A DNA stretch of 32,361 nt, taken from NCBI RefSeq assembly GCF_006345805.1, contig NW_021829601.1, positions 1 to 32,361 on the forward strand. The letters are read 5' to 3'. The translations under genes and the position numbers were made by a program. How positions within the stretch are numbered: the first letter of the stretch is position 1; every line of letters begins with the position of its first letter. The DNA comes from Octopus sinensis (lineage: Eukaryota). Below, piece after piece: positions 1 through 10,357 of this stretch. The notes below the pieces were generated by a model that was not told where the DNA came from, searched no databases, and was given only the letters and a program-made list of their open reading frames with translations.

Positions 1-123
1 AACCTTCGCTTTGTTTCATTTTTTTGTCTAAAAAGGGGTTTCAGCTTGGTGTTTAAATGATATTATTTATAGTTTTGTATGAGGTTACGAGTTGGCAGAA
101 TCGAGGACAATAAGTGAGTGACG

Positions 124-288
124 AGGCGCAGGAGTGGCTGTGTGGTAAGTAGCTTGCTTACCAACCACATGGTACCGGGTTCAGTCCCACTGCGTGGCAC
201 CTTGGGCAAGTGTCTTCTACTATAGCCTCGGGCCGACCAAGCCTTATGAGTGGATTTGGTAAACGGAAACTGAAAGAAGCCTGTCGTA

Positions 289-357
<69 letters not shown>

Positions 358-580
358 TGGTGTGTGTTTTTGGGTGTGTGTGTTGTCCCCCTAGCATCGC
401 TGACAACCGATGCTGTGTGTGTTATGTCCCCGTCACTTAGAGCGGTTCGCGGCAAAAGACCGATAGAATAAGTACTGGGCTTACAAAGAATAGTCCCAAG
501 GTCGATTGGTCGACTAAAGGCGGTGCTCCAGCATGGCCGCAGTCAAATGACTGAAACAAGTAAAAGATAAAGATAAAGAT
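124..580 (+). mobile_element. tRNA-derived SINE, family A (CORE-like), full length
   Basis: A-box-like TGGCTGTGTGG and B-box-like GGTTCAGTCCC, then CORE-like GGCACCTTGGGCAAGTGTCTT, an internal (TA)n(TG)n tract (~283-372), a 3' module ending GACTGAAACAAGTAAAAG and a (GATAAA)n tail. Homologous copies at 7797-8148 and 27970-28760. Confidence 0.88.
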
Positions 581-772
581 ACTGGGCAAAATGCTTACCG
601 GTATTTCGTCTGCTGTTACGTTCTGAGTTCCAATTCCGCCGAGGCCGACTTTCCTTTCATCCTTTCGGGATCGATGAAAAATGTTACCGTTCAAGTAATG
701 TGTCGATATATATTCGTCTAACCCCTTTCGCCCGAAATTTCAATCTTTGTGTCAATGTTTGCAACATTATTT
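581..772 (+). mobile_element. tRNA-derived SINE, family C (Nin/Deu-domain-like), 5'-truncated
   Basis: Matches the copies at 11003-11218 and 26829-27054 (TTTCGTCTGC.GTTACGTTCTGAGTTC.AATTCCGCCGAGG.CGACTTT.CCTTTCATCCTTTCGGG.TCGAT). It abuts the tail of SINE A. Confidence 0.8.
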
Positions 773-1576
773 TATAGCTTTATGAGTTTCAAGATCAAAA
801 TTTCCCCAAAAGAATTTACGCGCACACACACACACACACACATATACACACATTGATGTCTACATACATGTTCATATACACGTATTAATCTGTCGTCTAC
901 ATCTAGTATAATGTTCTTGAGCGTGGGTAGAGTGTATTACTTGGGTTTTATTTTTAAATTTAAAATAAAATTACGCCAGTCTTCATAAGAAAACCCAGCG
1001 TCGTCTGTAACAATGGAATTATTTATATAAAGGCCGACAGTGCATAACTATCAATTCTCAGAAAAAAAGAAGAAAAAGAGTCAGTTTGCATTCGTTCTAT
1101 GATAAGGAACCAAGGAAGAATGAATAATGGTTGTGACAAAACGAGCCACGGGAAGTAAGAGTTAGTGATATAGCGATAGGGTTAAATTTGTATTTGATTG
1201 TGTGTGTGTGTGTGTGTGAAAGAGAGAGAGAGAGAGAGGGGAAAATACATAAGTAGAGAAAGAGAGAGGGAGAGAGAGAGAAAAAGAGAAAGTGAGAAAG
1301 ACGGTGAGTGAGCGAGTGAAAGAGAGAGCGAAAAAAGCCACACACAGAGACACACACGCACGCTCGCACGTGCGCGCGCACACACATTTAAATATAATAT
1401 AAAGTAATATATATATGGAGATGTACTTGCATAGCAAGTGACCTGATCTGAGATCGTCACGGAATTTTGTCAGTGAACAGGTCGCGGCCTCAAGCGACGA
1501 AAATATTTGCCAAATTAAATTTAAATGTTGAAGTGAATCTAACGGGTTTTGTGTGTTTCTTAAATGGCTTATAAAT

Positions 1577-1632
<56 letters not shown>

Positions 1633-1677
1633 CAATGATATATCTCAGAGTGAGTTATAAACAGTAGCAGCACACAT

Positions 1678-1842
1678 CGTGAGTATATTTGCCATTTGAA
1701 TATGGCTAACCCCTAAGGTGGATGCTACTGTAGTTTGTAGCCCCAGGAGGACACCTCCTCCAGCTGGCTATAGACACACTTTCTGTGCCCTATCAGTATT
1801 TGCGAAGTAGCATCCACCCTTCAAATGGCAAATATACGTCAC
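1678..1842. mobile_element. MITE-like element with bipartite terminal inverted repeats
   Basis: GTATATTTGCCATTTGAA (1683-1700) pairs with 1820-1837 and GGTGGATGCTACT (1717-1729) pairs with 1806-1818. No ORF. Sits between TA-rich tracts. Confidence 0.65.
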
Positions 1843-1924
1843 AATATATAAATATAAGTTTGCATGTATACGTACATATGTATGCATGTAGGAATGTAAG
1901 CATGTAAGCATGCGAGTGTATGCC

Positions 1925-1926
<2 letters not shown>

Positions 1927-1967
<41 letters not shown>

Positions 1968-1969
1968 TA

Positions 1970-2033
<64 letters not shown>
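1927..2033. repeat. (TA)n microsatellite
   Basis: Direct inspection; another (TA)n lies at ~1575-1630. Confidence 0.95.
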
Positions 2034-2036
<3 letters not shown>

Positions 2037-2234
2037 TGTTGAAATAGAAAGATTAATTTTCTTGTTACAGATTATTCAAAAGTTTAACCGATACCTGGGT
2101 AGCAAAAATCACAGCAGAAAAAAAAAGCACGGTTGGAGATAAGACCATTTGGTGTTGCAACCGTACGTTGGTGCGGATAATTGAAGTTTAATATATTATT
2201 AGTGAATGGAAGAAATGGAGTTGAACGAAGATTG

Positions 2235-2351
2235 AACAGAATTCCTTTTATTACATTCTACACATGTTTCAAAGGCCACAAATTTCCAAATTCTGATTAA
2301 ATAAGGGTACCATATTGTGGCTTTCTCTTCAGAAAAAACAGGAATTCCGTT
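2235..2351 (-). ncRNA. Type I hammerhead ribozyme-like motif (family H1), mirror copy
   Basis: Reverse complement of 2485-2602 with one C missing at the base of stem I. Core CUGAAGA...GAAAC AUGU GUA is intact. Confidence 0.68.
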
Positions 2352-2484
2352 GACAGAACAAAACAAAACAGAGGCGCAGCAACGCACTCTTCAGGAAAAA
2401 CAGGATTCCGTTGACAGAACAAAACAAAACAGAGGCGCAGCAACGCAATTGCGTTGCTGCGCCTCTGTTTTGTTTTGTTCTGTC

Positions 2485-2602
2485 AACGGAATTCCTGTTT
2501 TTTCCTGAAGAGAAAGCCACAATATGGTACCCTTATTTAATCAGAATTTGGAAATTTGTGGCCTTTGAAACATGTGTAGAATGTAATAAAAGGAATTCTG
2601 TT
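2485..2602 (+). ncRNA. Type I hammerhead ribozyme-like motif (family H1)
   Basis: CUGAAGA at 2505-2511. Stem II 2512-2522/2556-2566 (10 of 11 pairs, including a basal G.U). GAAA at 2567-2570. Stem III AC-AUGU-GU. Predicted cleavage after GUA (2578/2579). Stem I proximal UUC/GAA plus distal 12 bp 2485-2496/2591-2602. Confidence 0.75.
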
Positions 2603-2631
2603 CAATCTTCGTTCAACTCCATTTCTTCCAT

Positions 2632-2637
<6 letters not shown>

Positions 2638-2673
<36 letters not shown>

Positions 2674-2953
2674 ATATATATCTATATACTCCATACATAT
2701 ATAAATACATATACATTATATATATACATGTATGTATATATATTATATTATAATATATATATATATATATATATACGTATACATATACATATACATATAC
2801 ATATACAAGCGCGCACACCCACACACATATATATATACATATACATACATAGATACAGATAGAAAGATAGACAGACGACAGACAGACAGATAGATTGATA
2901 AAGTGAGAGAGAAAGACTGAACGAGAGAGAGAGAGAGTATGCGCACGCGCGTC

Positions 2954-2985
<32 letters not shown>

Positions 2986-2990
2986 CGTGA
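2638..2990. repeat. Compound microsatellite tract (TA, TACA, GATA/GACA, GA, GT)
   Basis: Direct inspection; explains the ORFs 2537-3103 and 2743-3081. Confidence 0.9.
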
Positions 2991-3244
2991 GAGTGAGAGA
3001 AAATGAAAGAGTTAAAGATATTGTTTCTGAGAGTAACTGAGAAAGAAATGAGTAAAATGGATTGGGAATGGTAGTAAACATCGGTTAAATGAAAAGAAGA
3101 CAAAAAAAAAAAAAAGGTGATCGAAAATAGGGGCTGACAGACAGTCCTAGAGGCAATCAGGCGAGCATATGGATAGATTCACACGTACGTGACAGAAGGA
3201 AGAATTTTAACTGAAAAACGTTCCATATAAACACATTAACATAT

Positions 3245-3631
3245 GTGGAAGCACTCCGTCGGTTACGACGACGAGGGTTCCGGTTGATCCGAATCAACGG
3301 AAACAGCCTGCTCGTGAAATTAACGTGTAAGTGGCTGAGCACTCCACTACACGTGTACCCTTAACGTAGTTCTCGGGGATATTCAGCGTGACACAGATAG
3401 TGACAAGGCCGGCCCTTTGAAATACAGGTACAACAGAAACAGAAAGTAAGAGTGAGAGAAGTTGTGGTGAAAGAGTACAGCAGGGATCACCACCACCCCC
3501 TGCCGGAGCCTGGTGGAGCTTTTAGGTGTTTTCGCTCAATAAACACTCACAACGCCCGGTCTGCGAATCGAAACCGCGATCCTATGACCGCGAGTCCGCT
3601 GCCCTAACCACTGGGCCATTGCGCCTCCACA
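3245..3631 (-). mobile_element. tRNA-derived SINE, family B (~390 bp), full length
   Basis: Minus-strand head GGAGGCGCAATGGCCCAGTGGTTAGGGCAGCGGAC with A box TGGCCCAGTGG and B box GGTTTCGATTC. 12-bp TSD ACATTAACATAT (3233-3244 / 3632-3643). Three more copies in the window. Confidence 0.92.
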
Positions 3632-4329
3632 ACATTAACATATATATTCTAGTCAACCCCACCCCCACACGATTCTAGCCAACGATTCTAGTTAACGCAC
3701 AAGACAGCTATTATGCTTACTACCCACAAAACACCACCACGTGGATTCTGTTGAGACTAGTAAGAAACAATTATGAACTTTTTTTTTATTACACTTAACT
3801 TTTAAAAATATTTTTGATAATATTCGTTTTTTTTTTCAAGAAGAACCGAAACATGTAAAATCTCTCAGAAAATTAAAATTTATCTTATATAGTGGCGTTT
3901 TCAAACTTATATGCCCACTCAAACTAGATATGCCCACTCGTATGGCACCTACACTTTTTATAAATATATATCTGTTTCTAGAATTTTTCTATCAGGCATG
4001 GTTTTTATGTGACATAGTAATTAAATTATCTAATAAATGTATGATATTAATACAGAAATAAGGCTGACAATTATAACTGGTCAGCAGAATTAATTAAAAA
4101 CTCTGTCCCATAAACAAAAGTACGTGAACTTATTTGTATTTTATCTGCAGAATTCAAGTGTGTTTTCAGATTTTTTCTATAAGTCATAGTTTTTCAGTGA
4201 TAGCATATGTAAAATGTTAAACAATCGCTTTTCATGAATTCAAAAGTCAGGCTGATATTACATAGAAACGTACCTTTAAAACGTAGAGGCGTGTGTTCCA
4301 TATGCTCGCCCATTTTTAGAGGCTTCTGG

Positions 4330-6116
4330 AATGTCCTTTTTAGTGACCAACAATAATCAGTCAACATAGAAGAGCTCCAATTTCCTTGGTACCGGGTTTC
4401 CATGTTCAGAATGTCCTGGTGAAACCTCTTGCCGTGCTCGTCGCTGACAGCCCCAATATTTGTAGGGAAAAACTCCAAGTGAGAATTCAAGAAGTGAATT
4501 TTTAAGCTCATATTACATCCCAAGGCCTTGTATGATGTCAGTAGCTCTTTCACAATGTCAGAATAGTTCTCTGCTCAGTGATTCCCCAAAATCTCTCTGC
4601 AAACTTTCTCAAATGATAGCTACACGTCTTTTTCGACATCATTGAACTCTTCATCAAACCTTTGGTCTCTCATTAACTCCCTAATCTGTGGCCCAACAAA
4701 AATACCTTCTTTGATTTTTGCGTCACTTAATCTTGGAAATTTAGTTTTCAAATAGGTCCCTTGTCAGTTCTATCCATACCTTTGACGAAATTCTTCATCA
4801 ACACAAGCTTAATATGCAAAGGAGCAGATAAATTTTCTCATAATTAACAAGGGGAGGATTGATGACATTCTTCTGTCTAGGAGTCAGAAATCGTTTCGGA
4901 CGCACATTCTTTTCATAATGATTTTTCTTATCCCGACTGTCCCACTCAAAGAGAAAGCAACAAAACTTAAGTAAAAGTGCCACACTCTTTAGGTCACCAC
5001 AAATATTCCACTTATATTCCTCATACTTAATTTTTTGCAATAGAAGCTTATATGTTTCCTTCATATTAGCTGCATGGGCCAGAGGAACAGAAGGAAACTT
5101 ATTTCCATTGTGGATTAAAACTGCTTTCAAGTTTACTTTTGAGGAATCAATAAACGAACGCCATTTATTCGTGCTATATTTGTGGTCACGTTCCTCCGTA
5201 ACAGAATATACATCATTAAAAAATATCACACCATCCTCAAGTGAGAAAAAAATTTGAAAAATCACAATGCCGAAAACGATAAAAACTAACATTGGTCTCT
5301 TTCTGGAGAAGATCCCAACCCTTTAAGCTGGAAGCAAGAAGTTCAGCTTGCTTTTCGAGAAGTTTAAATCCCGCATTCAGATTTCCCTAACTCAGCAAGT
5401 GCGGTTCACTTCAAGAACAGTTAGGCTCAAAGTCCATGTCTTCTCTTTCTTTCGCCACATCTTCATCACTTGTGTCATTTGTTTTCGAAAGTCAGGTACA
5501 GGTAAGTGTTGACTGTGAAATACTAGTCCCATAGCAGATTGTAAATTAGAATATTTTACAGTCTGCTTGGATTTTGATGTTATACCTTATATGTTCGTCA
5601 TGCAGAAGTATCAATCTGAAGTGTGATCTTTGGGCTCTCTCCAAATCATAGGGATGGCTAAAGGCACATGGCGTGAACCTTTGGCCCATGCAATGGCAAG
5701 TCTGACACAGGTTACACAACACAAATGAGGGGCCCAGCTTTTATCCTGGTCACCCACTTTGCAGTCAAGATACGAGGGGCGTTCAATAAGTAATGCCCCT
5801 GACCCACTTCCCATAGCAGTAGAGCAACGAAACTTGGCACAGTTATTAGTCTTTTTCAACATAGGAACCACCCAGAGTTACGCATTTCTCCCATCGTTTG
5901 ATGCAGCTCTGGAGACCGTTTTTGTAGAAGACTCCAGCTTGGTCCTCCAACCACGACGTGACTTCAGAAATCAAGGCTGCATCATCTGGGAAACGCTTTC
6001 CTTTCGTAATGCTTATAGCACTTTTTAATCAATGGCAAGAAATGCCATCTTTGTGACTTGAATGTTAAGTCACCGCAAATATAGCAAAAGTTGTTTGCGG
6101 TGTTTATTGCAAACAT
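4330..6116 (-). pseudogene. Chapaev3-like transposase pseudogene, interrupted by a mariner derivative
   Basis: N-terminal Cys-rich NFCYICG...KVGDQDKSWAPHLCCVTC...IWREPKDH, then FIDSSKVNLKAVLIHNGN, WNICGDLK, FCCFLFEWDSRD and GCNMSLKIHFLNSHL...SDEHGKRFHQD...YCWSLKR, split across frames by stops and frameshifts. Confidence 0.85.
5773..6006 (-). mobile_element. Internally deleted mariner (234 bp) nested in the Chapaev3-like transposase
   Basis: Near-identical to the 3' ~230 bp of the mariner at 15266-16439, including the 37-bp TIR. TA duplication at 5771-5772 and 6007-6008. The host codons HY|LDCKVGD rejoin if it is removed. Confidence 0.92.
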
Positions 6117-6610
6117 CTTCTTGGAATTATGAAGGTGAATTGAATATGTGAACTTAGTACACAATTGCACGCCTACACTTCAAGCACAGTACTGACAAAG
6201 TATCGGTGACTCATCGACTCAGTGTTGCCAAGTTTCGGTGATTCATTGGCTCAGATAACTAGGTTTATGATTTCATTAGGTTAATTCTATTTATAAACTT
6301 TCAAACTGGGAGTATTTCTTAGACCATTAGCTTCATATTTCAGCAGATTAACTGAAATTTAACCCACGTAACAGAAACTGAGAGAGATATTGTAGAACAG
6401 AGAAACTGTGTGTGGTACAGATAATTTGATAGTATTTTTGAATTCTGCATTCAAAAAACATATACGATCCAGGTATTCTTTTTCTTGGGACAAATTCTTT
6501 GTTGACCGGTGTTATTGCTTAGAATATATTCTTGTATGTAAAGCTTTAAAACAAACACACTAATACACACAAACACGCACATTCATACCACACACGTATG
6601 TATGTACAGA

Positions 6611-6613
<3 letters not shown>

Positions 6614-6660
<47 letters not shown>
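6614..6660. repeat. (GA)n microsatellite
   Basis: Direct inspection. Confidence 0.95.
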
Positions 6661-6663
<3 letters not shown>

Positions 6664-6757
6664 GGGGTTTCATGTTGCGGTGCTGATTATCAATAAAAAC
6701 AATATAGCGGTGGGAATACAACAGAAGGGCAATCCTCAGCATACGAAAAACAAATAC

Positions 6758-7118
6758 GACGAGGGTTCCAGTTGATCCGTATCAACGGAACAGCCTGCTC
6801 GTGAAATTAACGTGTAAGTGGCTGAGCACTCCACAGACACGTGTACCCTTAACGTAGTCCTCGGGAATATTCAGCGTGACACAGAGTGTGACAAGGCCGG
6901 CCCTTTGAAATACAAGTACAACAGAAACAGGAAGTAAGAGTGAGAGAAAGTTGTGGTGAAAGAGTACAGCAGGGATCACCACCATCCCCTGCCGGAGCCT
7001 CGTGGAGCTTTAGGTGTTTTCGCTCAATAAACACTCACAACGCCCGGTCTGGGAATCGAAACCGCGATCCTATGACCGCGAGTCCGCTGCCCTAACCACT
7101 GGGCCATTGCGCCTCCAC
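6758..7118 (-). mobile_element. SINE family B, lacking ~20 bp of the 3' end
   Basis: Colinear with 3245-3631. 8-bp TSD ACAAATAC (6750-6757 / 7119-7126). Confidence 0.92.
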
Positions 7119-7339
7119 ACAAATACAGTAGGGTGTGACATGTGTAATACAGTGAACTGAAAGGCATCGATGAACTGAAGTAGAAAGAAAATTTCTGAGC
7201 ATTCTTAAAACGAAGAGAGCGAGAAGCAGGAACGATAACTACTTCGTTAAAATGTATTGGTCGCAAAGCAGATAGATCTCACAGATAGACAGCAAGATAA
7301 ACCGAATGAATGACTAGGCAAAGATAGAAGATGCACATA

Positions 7340-7379
7340 CAAGCACACACACACACGCACACACACACACACACACGCA

Positions 7380-7430
<51 letters not shown>

Positions 7431-7440
7431 CACACACATA
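7340..7440. repeat. (CA)n microsatellite
   Basis: Direct inspection; a further CA/TA-rich tract lies at ~7676-7795. Confidence 0.95.
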
Positions 7441-7796
7441 CTTTTATTAATAGCCAAACGTGCAAATAGACTCGAAGAAAGAGAGGAATAGGGCGGCAAA
7501 TGTTGGACAGAGGAGAATTTAAAAAAAATCTGTGCTTGCGAGTGTGTATTTAACTATTAAAAAAAATTTTTTTAAATTGTAAAACAGAATGACACAAACC
7601 CTTTGGAATGAAGTTTTCGTATTGTGTGTGTATGCGCTTTCAGTTTTTCAAACAAACGTGTTATGGGGTACTCCAGACACACACACACACACACACACCA
7701 CACACACACACACAAACATACAAACGCATACACACATGTATATAAATATATATAAATACACACACAGACATATACAGTGTAAGTGCACACATACAT

Positions 7797-7891
7797 ACCG
7801 CTAATTTGCGGTGACGTAAATACACCAACATCAATTGTCAAGCGATGGTGGGGGAACAGACGCAGACAAACAAAGATATATATATATACAC

Positions 7892-7925
<34 letters not shown>

Positions 7926-7952
7926 ATATATATATACATATATATAATATAT

Positions 7953-8003
<51 letters not shown>

Positions 8004-8012
8004 ACATATATA

Positions 8013-8060
<48 letters not shown>

Positions 8061-8148
8061 GATGAGCTTTGAGTTTCCCCCTACAAATCCACTCACAAGG
8101 CTTGGTCTGCTCGAAGCTATAGCAGAAGACACTTGCCTAAGGTGTTAT
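7797..8148 (-). mobile_element. SINE family A, truncated at both ends, with an expanded internal (TA)n (~7878-8058)
   Basis: 8061-8148 matches the CORE-like part (CAAATCCACTCACAAGGCTTGGTC...GAAGACACTTGCC.AAGGTG). 7797-7877 matches the post-microsatellite part of family A. Confidence 0.75.
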
Positions 8149-8162
8149 ATGATATATATATA

Positions 8163-8413
8163 TATAAATTTTTATACTTAATTAATAATTATAATTGAGG
8201 GTACACGAGGAACCAGCATTGCAGTAAATATGAGTCGAAGAATACTCTAATTAGCCACCATTTCCCTGAAAACACAATAGACCGGCAAAAATCAAGTGAC
8301 GAGTAAATAAATTAACTTACCATCGCGGATGATAGTCGCTAGTGAGGTTACCAGCAATGTCGGTGCCTCGTGTACCCTCGATTATAATTATTAATTAATT
8401 ATAAAAATTTATA
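8163..8413. mobile_element. MITE (~250 bp) with ~60-bp terminal inverted repeats
   Basis: 8163-8222 versus the reverse complement of 8354-8413 differ at about 5 positions. Both termini read TATA, compatible with a TA target. Confidence 0.8.
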
Positions 8414-8456
8414 GATTTGCCTGTTTATTAACTTTAATACTTGCTGGCCACTTACA

Positions 8457-8517
<61 letters not shown>

Positions 8518-8519
<2 letters not shown>

Positions 8520-8628
8520 GAGTGAGAGAGCAGTTCATGCCATCAAAGTGACACTGGGGTAAAATATACGAAGCCCAATATACCCATCATGACTACCCGT
8601 CTGATAAAGGTACACCAGGCACATGCAT
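8518..8628 (-). mobile_element. Terminal fragment of element D with (TAA)n tail (8456-8517)
   Basis: Near-identical to 8692-8802. Confidence 0.8.
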
Positions 8629-8691
8629 TATTATTATTATTATTAATAATAATATTATTATTATTATTATTATATATTATTATTATTATTA

Positions 8692-9249
8692 TTGAGTGAG
8701 CGAGCAGAGCATGCCATCAAAGTGACACTGGGGTAAAATATACGAAGCCCAGTATACCCATCATGACTACCCGTCTGATAAGGGTACACCAGGCACATGC
8801 ATCACAACCATATGTGTGCGACATGGTGATCTCATATCAAGATAAACAGCACATGACCTTGCAGGTGGAGCCCAGTTAGAATTTTCTTCAGATCGAGTAA
8901 CCCATCCCGCTCAAAAGGTCCCTGAATAAGGGTTGTTTAAGGACGTTGAACAAAACACCCATGTTTCTAGAGGTGAATTATTCAAACCCCAAAGAATCCT
9001 TCTCAACACATGGCTATGATGCCCCCCCCCACTGCTTCTGCTTGTGATCAGAGATGCACATATCGTCAGCCACTAAGGGACATACTCAACTGGTTAAGGT
9101 CAAACAACTGACAAGCAAATCTGTGGTATTGAGCAGAATATTTGCTGTAGCCCATCTTTTAAACCAAGACAAAACAATGTACATGATAACACTTCGAATC
9201 AGTTAAGATCAGAAGCCATGAGAGCCACTGCCTGGTACTGCATCAGGGC

Positions 9250-9250
<1 letters not shown>
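8692..9250 (-). mobile_element. Element D: ~560-bp non-coding interspersed element flanked on both sides by (TAA)n; class uncertain
   Basis: Sharp borders against TTA repeats at both ends, one end duplicated at 8518-8628, and no clear ORF, TIR or tRNA head. Strand is inferred from the TAA tail. Confidence 0.6.
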
Positions 9251-9770
<520 letters not shown>

Positions 9771-10357
9771 ATTTATACATGTGTGTGTGTGTATAAGGTT
9801 GGCTGTGCGCGTGATGGGAGAGAGGCTGGTGAAAGAGCCTCTTGTTGGCTTTAGAGCAAGAGATGAGAGTTAAGATGGAAGCCAGGAGTAGAGGAAGAGC
9901 AGTGATCTGACCATCTTTTGTGACCCACCAACGAGAGGATGCTACAGTTACTTTTAGCGTCGAAATACCCGATGACCATTGGATACTGTCTAATGACATC
10001 AGTTCCTCCTGGCCAAAGTTCCATTCACTTTGGTGAATGGAAAAAGCACTTACTTTTAGGTGTTATACACACACACACATGTAAGTAGTGTAATAGTGTA
10101 TTTTGCACTTGTTGATATGTTCAGCAAAATCAATTGCTCATTACATTTGAGGGCAATAATAATTTCTTGTGCTTCCTTGATGATTTCTAATAAGACTGAA
10201 TCGAGTCTAAAATCGTCTCTGTATTGCGCCCGCCGTTCTTCATTATATAAAATTTGATTAATTAAATTTTTTGTTGGAATAGTGTCCTCCAGGAATTTTC
10301 TCTTTCCATACATAAATGAATGTATATATATATATATATATATATACATATATATAT

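Larger units (their letters stand above)
2200..2637. repeat. Spacer-less palindrome with ~189-bp arms and a ~62-bp tandem duplication in the left arm; probably inverted Penelope-like pseudo-LTRs
   Basis: 2449-2637 is the reverse complement of the left arm. The centre is GCAA|TTGC at 2448/2449. The unit 2325-2386 is repeated at 2387-2447. Arms differ only by homopolymer indels. Each arm contains a hammerhead motif. Confidence 0.9.
4075..6511 (-). mobile_element. Decayed Chapaev3-like (CMC superfamily) DNA transposon
   Basis: Transposase remnants throughout. Right end CACCGGTCAACA...TGTCCCA...TGCAGAATTCAA and left end (A)ACTGGTCAGCA...TGTCCCA...TGCAGAATTCAA form degenerate inverted termini. 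Confidence 0.75.

Noticed and set aside
1418-1575. Probable interspersed-repeat fragment (GTACTTGCATAGCAAGTGACC...TGGCTTATAAA)
   Set aside because: No second copy, TIR pair or TSD in the window to support a call.
2057-2104. Candidate micro-exon after TTTTCTTGTTACAG
   Set aside because: Weak donor, very short peptide with no recognisable homology.
2200-2637. CACTA transposon (ends read TAGTG...CACTA)
   Set aside because: The orientation is the reverse of CACTA termini (CACTA...TAGTG) and there is no 3-bp TSD.
3600-3631. SINE heads as genuine tRNA genes
   Set aside because: They have A/B boxes but continue into shared SINE bodies with TSDs and lack complete acceptor stems.
3805-3862. Possible decayed hammerhead (TTGATAA...GAAACATGTA)
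   Set aside because: Two core mismatches and no convincing stem II.
10019-10042. Hairpin TTCCATTCAC-TTTG-GTGAATGGAA whose stem equals the outer 10 bp of the 2200-2637 palindrome
   Set aside because: Only 10 bp with no further similarity; cannot be separated from coincidence without a genome-wide search.
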